DNA of 23,513 nucleotides from a virus (Duplodnaviria; Heunggongvirae; Uroviricota; Caudoviricetes): IMG/VR virus record IMGVR_UViG_2737471866_000003; one strand, 5' to 3'. Shown piece by piece: positions 17,688 to 23,513 of this stretch (position 1 is its first letter; each line of letters starts with the position of its first letter). The notes under the pieces were generated by a model. It saw only the letters and a program-made list of their open reading frames with translations, ran no database searches and was not told where the DNA came from. The position numbers and the translations under genes were made by a program.

Positions 17688-19196
17688 TTATTCTTCGGAC
17701 TGGTTGTTGGTGTGCTGCGGCTCCTGTCGTTTCGTTGCGGCACTGCTGCCTCCTTTATCACTGGCCGGATCGGTATCAAATACCAGATCCAGCTTGCGGT
17801 TTTCATCAATTTCGGCCTTGCGCCGACGTTTGACATCATCCGGATTACGACCACCAGCACGTACCCAGTCTGATTCTGTCGCCGCTCCACCACGAATCTG
17901 GATTTTCCAGGCCTCAGCCTCCTTAACAGGGTCAATCCACGGCATCACCGGTCCGGAATACACCGCGGTATACAGTGAAGAACGGTCAAGATCGCGGGGT
18001 AGCCTGATAACACCGGATGCCACAGCCTGTTTCAGCCAGGCACGATACATCGGGCGGGTGACGGCCCCAATAAACCAGTCCTGCAGGATCAGGTAGCCAT
18101 CAGTGGATTCAACCAGCTCCTGACGCTGGGCGCTGTAAGTGCCGTTATAGTTTCGTGCCGTACTGGAAAAACTCAGACGACTGCCCGCCGCCACGGCACG
18201 CAACTGACCATTACGAAAAGTTTCAAGGTTAGGATTGGGACGATCCGACTTCACCATTCCGATTTCTTCGCCGGGTTTCAGATCGTCGTAAATAATGCCT
18301 GGCTGAATGGTAAGCTCGCGTTCCTTATCCTTGCTGCCATTACCATCCGGTTCATAGCTCTGCCCGTCGCCTTTCCGGATGTACATCCCCAGAGCAGCGG
18401 CGATCCTTGCTGCAGTCAGCTCAGAATCTTCATACTCTTTCAGGGCACTGAGGCGGATCAGCACACCGGACAACAAAGACGTCCCGCGCATCTGGTGCAG
18501 ACGGCGAACAAATTTAAGATGCAGCATTCGCTCTGCATCCACTTCTTTGGTTTCCATCTGCCGTCCGGATACAGGACGACTTTTATACACCAGATATTTT
18601 TCGGGACGCCCCCAGTCATCAACAAACACGCCCTGATTCAGCCTGTTGCTCTCATCACTGGTCATGGGAATAAAGTCTGGCTCGAGCGCCTCCAGCCAGA
18701 AATGAACACCGGCAGAAGGCGTCAGGCTGTTTATGCGCCCGGAAACCATCTGGGCAAACACCTCACCATCGCGCAGCCAGGTACGCAGCATCAGACGTTC
18801 CAGCATCGGACGGGTAAACTGCCCGGTGACTTCCGGGCTGACAGACCATTCACTCCATCGGGTGCGTATCTCCGCTGCCAGATCACGGGCAATGGCCCCA
18901 TTGCGTAATACCGGATGTGGCTCGACAATAATCCCGTTTTTCCCCACCACCCGTTCTTCCAGCTTGTCAAATACACCAATGACCAGATCGTGGTTGTTAT
19001 CAAGGTAACGGGCCTGCTCACGTAACGACACGGCCCCGTACTGGCTTAACTGGTCGGCAGTTCGGTTCTCCCGTCGGGCTTTGTGTGTCCGCGTCGTTTT
19101 TACGGCCTCATAAGCCTGGATCACCGCACGGGAACGCAGCCTTGCCGCTTTCCATCCTGGTGAAAAAACGCCAATCACATCATCAAGAAATGCCAT
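17688..19196 (-). CDS. Portal protein (lambda gpB family), about 502 aa
   Basis: Track ORF 17688..19268 (-). The in-frame ATG at 19196 (MAFLDDVIGVFSPGWKAARL...) forms an ATGA overlap with the W-like stop. Size, position after the large terminase and W, and an acidic/basic C-terminal tail fit lambda-type portals. Confidence 0.85.
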   Translation of the reverse strand: MAFLDDVIGVFSPGWKAARLRSRAVIQAYEAVKTTRTHKARRENRTADQLSQYGAVSLREQARYLDNNHDLVIGVFDKLEERVVGKNGIIVEPHPVLRNGAIARDLAAEIRTRWSEWSVSPEVTGQFTRPMLERLMLRTWLRDGEVFAQMVSGRINSLTPSAGVHFWLEALEPDFIPMTSDESNRLNQGVFVDDWGRPEKYLVYKSRPVSGRQMETKEVDAERMLHLKFVRRLHQMRGTSLLSGVLIRLSALKEYEDSELTAARIAAALGMYIRKGDGQSYEPDGNGSKDKERELTIQPGIIYDDLKPGEEIGMVKSDRPNPNLETFRNGQLRAVAAGSRLSFSSTARNYNGTYSAQRQELVESTDGYLILQDWFIGAVTRPMYRAWLKQAVASGVIRLPRDLDRSSLYTAVYSGPVMPWIDPVKEAEAWKIQIRGGAATESDWVRAGGRNPDDVKRRRKAEIDENRKLDLVFDTDPASDKGGSSAATKRQEPQHTNNQSEE

Positions 19197-19414
19197 CAGA
19201 ACCTCGCCAGCCGGTACCCGGGATGCCCCCGTCGTCGTGTAATCAGAGCCGCAAGGCGGCGCTCCCACTCCTGCCGCCCCTGCCGGATCTCAGATAAGTT
19301 TTCCATGGTCATCTGCTGACCATTAAAAGTGACGGATTTTCCGTCCAGCACCGCCATTTCAGCTTCCGTATAACGCTGAATCATGGCTTCAATATCATTC
19401 TGATTCATAACCAT
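19196..19414 (-). CDS. Head-tail joining protein, gpW-like (72 aa)
   Basis: Track ORF 19196..19414 (-). A small ORF between the large terminase and portal, as lambda W is. Its C-terminus ...RRRGHPGYRLARF resembles the lambda W end ...RRRGPAGFYV as I recall it. It overlaps the large terminase stop by 10 nt. Confidence 0.65.
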   Translation of the reverse strand: MVMNQNDIEAMIQRYTEAEMAVLDGKSVTFNGQQMTMENLSEIRQGRQEWERRLAALITRRRGHPGYRLARF

Positions 19415-21507
19415 CCTCCGGAAGTCAGCCAGGGGTTAACATCGTCAGTTACTGTTTTCTTCCGTTTTTGTTTTTTAACAGGCGTGGGTACCGGTTCCGG
19501 TGAGGGTGACGGTTCGGTACTGTCCGGGACACACTCCAGCCAGGTTTCCCGGCTCGCCCACTCCGGTGCATCCGGCCAGCGGATCTTTTCGTATCCATGC
19601 AGAATGACCAGAGCCTCGGCATACACCATCAGGTCAGAAGCTTCGTTGGCACCGCGACCCGGCTTACTCCATTTCCCGTCACTGCTCCGCTCTTCATACG
19701 TCAGTTCGTCGTAAAACCAGCTCCCCAGCCAGTCAGGGAAATGCACATAGCCGGGACCTGGCGAGTCACGCCATAACGCGTTATTCACCCGGTCTTTCAG
19801 GGCATCCGTCTGAAGAAGCCAGAGCGGCACATCACCTGCGGCCTGCGCCCGTCGGCCCGTTCGTCCGGTGTTATCAGGGAATGTACGGGTGATCAGTTTT
19901 GCTCGCCGGATGCTGTCGCCCTTAAACAGGTAAATACGTTTACCAAGGCCATCACGACGGCAACGACGCCAGAATTTATAGGCATTATCAGTGACCCCGT
20001 CTTCACCGCCGGAGTCCACCGCCATTGCCATCAGTCGCATTTGTTGAGAAGGGTCGGAGGCCAGCGGCCAGCTTTTATGAAAAACATCCGTCAGCAGGAC
20101 ATCCCAGTCTTCCGGATAGCTGGCCGGATCAATTCGCTGGCTCTCCCCGTCGCTGTCACCGCGCAATGACTGCGTGATGTTGTAACGATCAATAATCCAG
20201 CGTTCGCCACGGCTGCCATAGCCCGTTACCTGAACCACAAAACGGCGATGACGTCCCGCCTGCACATCCACTGTCGCCACAAGGAAATTAACGCCATCCG
20301 GCACACTGCGGGAAGGAACTGGCTCTGCCCGCTGCTCAAGCAATTCACTTTTTCGTTGCTCCATGCTGGCGCGGGGAAGATAAGGTAATCCCCAGTCGGT
20401 ATTGATAACCGTCTTGAGTGTCTCTTCACTTCCGGTTGTCTCGTATTCCTGTTCTGCAGTAAGCAGTTTGTAAACGAGTTGCGAGAGTGTCTGATAAGCA
20501 GCTGCCGGACCCTCCATCCAGAATGACGCAATACGTGAACGCCGGGGATCACCATAACGACTGCCATCTGCATTGATGGATTCACCATCCCGTAACCAGA
20601 CCCCACGTCCGTTCAGCTCGCGTTTTTGTTCAGGCAAAATCCGTCCTGAACAGGAAGGACACTGAATATAAGCCGCCTCACTTGCCAGCACAGGATCGGC
20701 AATATCACGGAAACCAGCAACCACATCGCCGCAGGGCTGAAAATACTCACCACAGTGTGGACAGGGCCAGTACCAGCGACGGCGATCGCCACGGTTATAG
20801 AGCGACAGGATCCCCGTGGTTGGTGGAGCCTCATGCGGTGAAGTCCGTCGCCATTTCACATCCTTCACATCCCTGCCGGGGGAACTCTCCACAAGCGTCA
20901 TACCACTGGACATAAATGTGGTGGTACGTTTTGAGGCAAGAGAGAAGGCATCCCCCTCACCATCAATATCTTCCGGAAAACGGTCATAATCCGTCAGCGC
21001 CACGCATTTATAATCTGATGAAGACATGATATTGACTGACGGCCAGCCGATTTTCAGGTAGTTGCCAGCAAGGAATGTTCTGTCATAAACGTTGTTGTCA
21101 TTTTTGTTCGGACTCAGGCGACTGACCACTTCCGGGCTGACGCGAAACGTTCTAGCGAGTCGTTTTTTGGAGTGTTCGCGGGCTTTTTCCTCCGTCATCT
21201 GAATGATCAGCATATCAGCAGGATCGCAAATCACGTTGTAAATCACCCAGCCGTCAATCAGGCCGATAGTCTTGCCGGTTCGTGCCGGGCCAACAAATAT
21301 CACTGCGTCGTATTCACGCGAGGCCAGGCAGTTCATCGGCTCAATAACATACGGTGCCACCAGCGGATCCCACGGGACTGAGTTCCCTGCCCCCATGGGC
21401 ACCCGCATATACTGAGCAACGGCATCAGCAACCCGCATTCGTCTCGGTGCGCGAAGGATATAACCTGAATCGGTTCGTGCTGCCTTTGCGGTTTCCTGAT
21501 TCAGCAT
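19405..21507 (-). CDS. Terminase large subunit (GpA family), 700 aa
   Basis: Track ORF 19405..21507 (-). A Walker-A-like segment VIFVGPARTGKT is near the N-terminus and a CPHCGE...CPSC zinc-ribbon-like segment is present, as in lambda gpA (CPHCGEE). Its start overlaps the small terminase stop by 1 nt. Confidence 0.85.
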   Translation of the reverse strand: MLNQETAKAARTDSGYILRAPRRMRVADAVAQYMRVPMGAGNSVPWDPLVAPYVIEPMNCLASREYDAVIFVGPARTGKTIGLIDGWVIYNVICDPADMLIIQMTEEKAREHSKKRLARTFRVSPEVVSRLSPNKNDNNVYDRTFLAGNYLKIGWPSVNIMSSSDYKCVALTDYDRFPEDIDGEGDAFSLASKRTTTFMSSGMTLVESSPGRDVKDVKWRRTSPHEAPPTTGILSLYNRGDRRRWYWPCPHCGEYFQPCGDVVAGFRDIADPVLASEAAYIQCPSCSGRILPEQKRELNGRGVWLRDGESINADGSRYGDPRRSRIASFWMEGPAAAYQTLSQLVYKLLTAEQEYETTGSEETLKTVINTDWGLPYLPRASMEQRKSELLEQRAEPVPSRSVPDGVNFLVATVDVQAGRHRRFVVQVTGYGSRGERWIIDRYNITQSLRGDSDGESQRIDPASYPEDWDVLLTDVFHKSWPLASDPSQQMRLMAMAVDSGGEDGVTDNAYKFWRRCRRDGLGKRIYLFKGDSIRRAKLITRTFPDNTGRTGRRAQAAGDVPLWLLQTDALKDRVNNALWRDSPGPGYVHFPDWLGSWFYDELTYEERSSDGKWSKPGRGANEASDLMVYAEALVILHGYEKIRWPDAPEWASRETWLECVPDSTEPSPSPEPVPTPVKKQKRKKTVTDDVNPWLTSGGWL

Positions 21508-22001
21508 TACTCCTCCTGCTGTAATTCCTCCTCATCATCCGCACCTGCTTCAGTCACCCGCAGGGCTATCTGATCGCGCAGATCATCAATAATGGACTGA
21601 ACACGGCTCACAGCGGCAGGCTGCAGACCGCAGTCACGTTCCAGAATATCCGGTAATGTCTCCAGCACCTGCACGACCGCTTTTGCCCAGATGGCAAACT
21701 CCCGTCTGACATCACTGGCCGGAATGAGTTGCGCCGTTTCCTGTTCGAACTTAAGACGCTCACGTTCAGACTGATACCAGGCTTTGCGCTCATGCGCGTC
21801 CATTTCGCCTTCTGCAACCGGCGGTGGTAATGCCAGAAATGCCGACACAATATCAACCACCCGATAAAGCTTGAGGTTGCTTTCATGCCCCCCTGCAACG
21901 GGTAGATTTTGCAGCCTTGCCGCAGCAGTCTGGCGATGTACACCTGACAGTGCCGCCAGTTGACTGATATTCAGCGTCAGATTTTTTAACTCTCGATCCA
22001 T
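21507..22001 (-). CDS. Terminase small subunit (HTH DNA-binding N-terminus, acidic C-terminus), not lambda Nu1-like in sequence
   Basis: Track ORF 21507..22001 (-), 164 aa. Its stop overlaps the large terminase start, it lies about 170-190 bp downstream of a cosN-like motif, and it has an HTH-like N-terminal segment (LTLNISQLAALSGVHRQTAAARL) and an acidic tail (DDEEELQQEE). Assigned by position and features, not by sequence match. Confidence 0.6.
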   Translation of the reverse strand: MDRELKNLTLNISQLAALSGVHRQTAAARLQNLPVAGGHESNLKLYRVVDIVSAFLALPPPVAEGEMDAHERKAWYQSERERLKFEQETAQLIPASDVRREFAIWAKAVVQVLETLPDILERDCGLQPAAVSRVQSIIDDLRDQIALRVTEAGADDEEELQQEE

Positions 22002-22105
22002 ACCCGCTCCAGAATGTTTTAAACATGCATCTTGCGAACGACTTTAGGCAAACGGTGTTAGTGATGAACAAAAAACAATCAAAATCGACACCACAAAAAT
22101 AAAAA

Positions 22106-22131
22106 TACTGTAATATCAATCTATTACAGTA
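22106..22131. promoter_or_regulatory. 10 bp perfect inverted repeat TACTGTAATA-N6-TATTACAGTA in the cosB-equivalent region upstream of the small terminase gene
   Basis: Seen directly in the sequence; the region is AT-rich. A candidate small-terminase or other dimeric protein binding site. Confidence 0.35.
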
Positions 22132-22170
22132 GTGGTGATGACGGATGAAATTTCAAAAACTAGCCTTTTT

Positions 22171-22190
22171 CCGCGCCGCTGCCGCCCCGT
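22171..22190 (-). other. cosN-like cohesive-end site
   Basis: Minus strand reads ACGGGGCGGCAGCGGCGCGG followed by AAAAAGG. Lambda cosN and flanks, as I recall them, read ACGGGGCGGCGACCTCGCGG followed by GTTTTCG: the first 10 nt and the CGCGG are identical. The distance to the small terminase start (about 180 bp) matches the lambda cosN-Nu1 spacing. Confidence 0.45.
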
Positions 22191-22541
22191 GGCAGACCAC
22201 CCCACCGGAAGGACCCGTACAAATAGAGTTATTATTAATTACATTTACAGTAGGAATGATGTACATCATTGAAACACCATTCAGTCATATACCGACAGCA
22301 TTCGGTGTTGCACTTCATAACTCTGCGACTACGGTTATAAAATCATTGGCTACTTTTGCCACCGGCAAATCTTCAATGGATTTCCCCTGCCGGTTTTTTA
22401 TTTTCATCGATGCATAACATTGCTTTTACATCAATAGCAGCTATTGTCAGTAGTATGTTGTATCGATGCATGGGTGGTATTGGCGATCTTCGCCGACCGG
22501 TTCTGTGTAGCTCCCTATGACCGGTTTTTTTATTTCTAAGA

Positions 22542-22578
22542 TTATAGAAGTCCTTCACTGTATGAAGGACTTCTATAA
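22542..22578. repeat. Perfect 16 bp inverted repeat with 5 nt loop (TTATAGAAGTCCTTCA-CTGTA-TGAAGGACTTCTATAA), preceded by a T7 run on the plus strand
   Basis: Seen directly in the sequence, 75 bp from the IS3 terminus. Function unknown. Confidence 0.6.
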
Positions 22579-22652
22579 CGCTTCTTACTTTGTAATTTTC
22601 GCACCTTCCGGTAATTCCATAGGTTAAAAAAACCTCATAATCTCTGACAATT

Positions 22653-23513
22653 TGATCCTACCCACGTAATATGGACACAGGCCTAAGCGAGGTTCTTGTT
22701 TTCAAATTGTTCCGGACTGAGGCCGCCACACCAACTGTGCCGCCGCCACCGATTGTAATCACATTCGATATAATTAAATACCGTTGCCCGCATTATTTCC
22801 CGGCTGATAAAGTGTTCTCCATGGATACATTCCACTTTCAGCGAATGAAAGAAGCTTTCCACGCAGGCATTATCGTAGCAGCAACCTTTTGCGCTCATAC
22901 TTCCACGCAGATTATGCCGCTTCAGTTGCGCCTGATAATCTGCTGAACAGTACTGGCCTCCACGGTCCGTGTGAACGATAACGTTCCGGGGCCTCTTACG
23001 CCGCCACAGCGCCATCTGCAGGGCATCGCAGGCCAGTTGCGCCGTCATGCGTGGCGACATTGACCAGCCAATAACGGCACGTGACCACAGGTCAATGACC
23101 ACTGCCAGATACAGCCAGCCTTCATCTGTACGTAAGTACGTGATGTCTCCTGCCCACTTCTGGTTCGGGCCACTGGCGTAAAAATCCTGCTCCAACAGAT
23201 TTTCTGACACAGGCAGGCCGTGTGCGCGGTAGCTGACCGGGCTGAACTTCCGGGAGGCCTTTGCCCTCAGTCCCTGACGGCGCAGGCTTGCCGCCACGGT
23301 TTTTACGTTAAAGGGGTAACCCTGAGCACGCAGTTCATCCGTCAGGCGTGGGGCACCGTAACGCTGTTTTGACCGGGTAAAAGCCGCGAGGACAACGCTG
23401 TCGCAGTGTTGGCGGAACTGCTGACGCGTGCTTATCCTTGTCCGCCGCTGACACCACGTATACCAGCCGCTGCGGGCCACCCGGAGCACGCGGCACATTG
23501 CTTTGATGCTGAA
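22653..23513 (-). mobile_element. IS3-family insertion sequence (IS3-like), right-end terminus at 22653; element continues beyond the window end
   Basis: The plus strand from 22653 reads TGATCCTACCCACGTAATATGGACACAGGCCTAAGCGAGG..., the IS3 terminal inverted repeat as I recall it, immediately followed by the orfB transposase on the minus strand. Confidence 0.85.
22683..23498 (-). CDS. insF: IS3 transposase OrfB (DDE integrase core), C-terminal about 271 aa; the OrfA/frameshift part lies beyond the window
   Basis: Track ORF 22683..23498 (-). ...[34 protein letters not shown]...[15 protein letters not shown]...[10 protein letters not shown]... is the DDE motif region and matches IS3 InsF as I recall it. 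Confidence 0.85.

Noticed and set aside
19197-19268. N-terminal extension of the portal ORF (MGAPPCGS...)
   Set aside because: It would overlap the W-like gene by 73 nt. The internal ATG at 19196 gives an ATGA coupling junction with the W-like stop and a conventional portal N-terminus.
22106-22131. Possible LexA (SOS) box
   Set aside because: The half-sites resemble TACTGT, but the spacing between CTGT and ACAG is 14 nt, not the required 8.
22145-22417. 90 aa ORF on the plus strand in the cos region
   Set aside because: It has a weak start context, reads straight through the cosN-like motif, and its translation has no recognisable features. It is more likely non-coding packaging DNA.
22373-22558. 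61 aa ORF on the minus strand starting inside the 16 bp palindrome
   Set aside because: Its start codon lies in the hairpin loop, it has no RBS, and the peptide is basic and low-complexity.
1-23513. CRISPR arrays, tRNA or rRNA genes, toxin-antitoxin or defence-system cassettes
   Set aside because: I found no direct-repeat/spacer architecture, no tRNA-like cloverleaf signatures in the only sizeable non-coding stretch (22002-22652), and no unexplained multi-gene cassette. Every sizeable minus-strand ORF is accounted for as a phage structural gene or the IS transposase.

Overview
This window is almost entirely the late structural operon of a lambdoid prophage, encoded on the minus strand from about 22001 down to 1, plus the end of an IS3-family insertion sequence at 22653..23513. 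I do not see a defence-system-like or otherwise clearly novel gene cassette; the least-explained stretch is the roughly 650 bp between the small terminase gene and the IS element (22002..22652), which I read as the phage cos region.

Gene order on the minus strand: small terminase, large terminase (GpA type), W-like protein, lambda-B-type portal, a single ORF fusing a ClpP-like prohead protease to an HK97-fold major capsid protein, two small head-completion ORFs, then a lambda-type tail module (Z, U, V, G, T, H, M, L, K, I, J), the lom moron (frameshifted here), and intact stf and tfa. The head module is non-lambda, while the tail module, lom, stf and tfa match lambda proteins as I remember them, so the element is mosaic.

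All homology statements rest on the supplied six-frame translations compared with lambda protein sequences recalled from memory; no database search was run. ORF boundaries follow the supplied track. Hairpin and motif coordinates come from my own reading of the printed sequence and may be off by 1-2 nt; in one place (about 13980..14041) my reading disagreed with the track by 1 nt and I followed the track.
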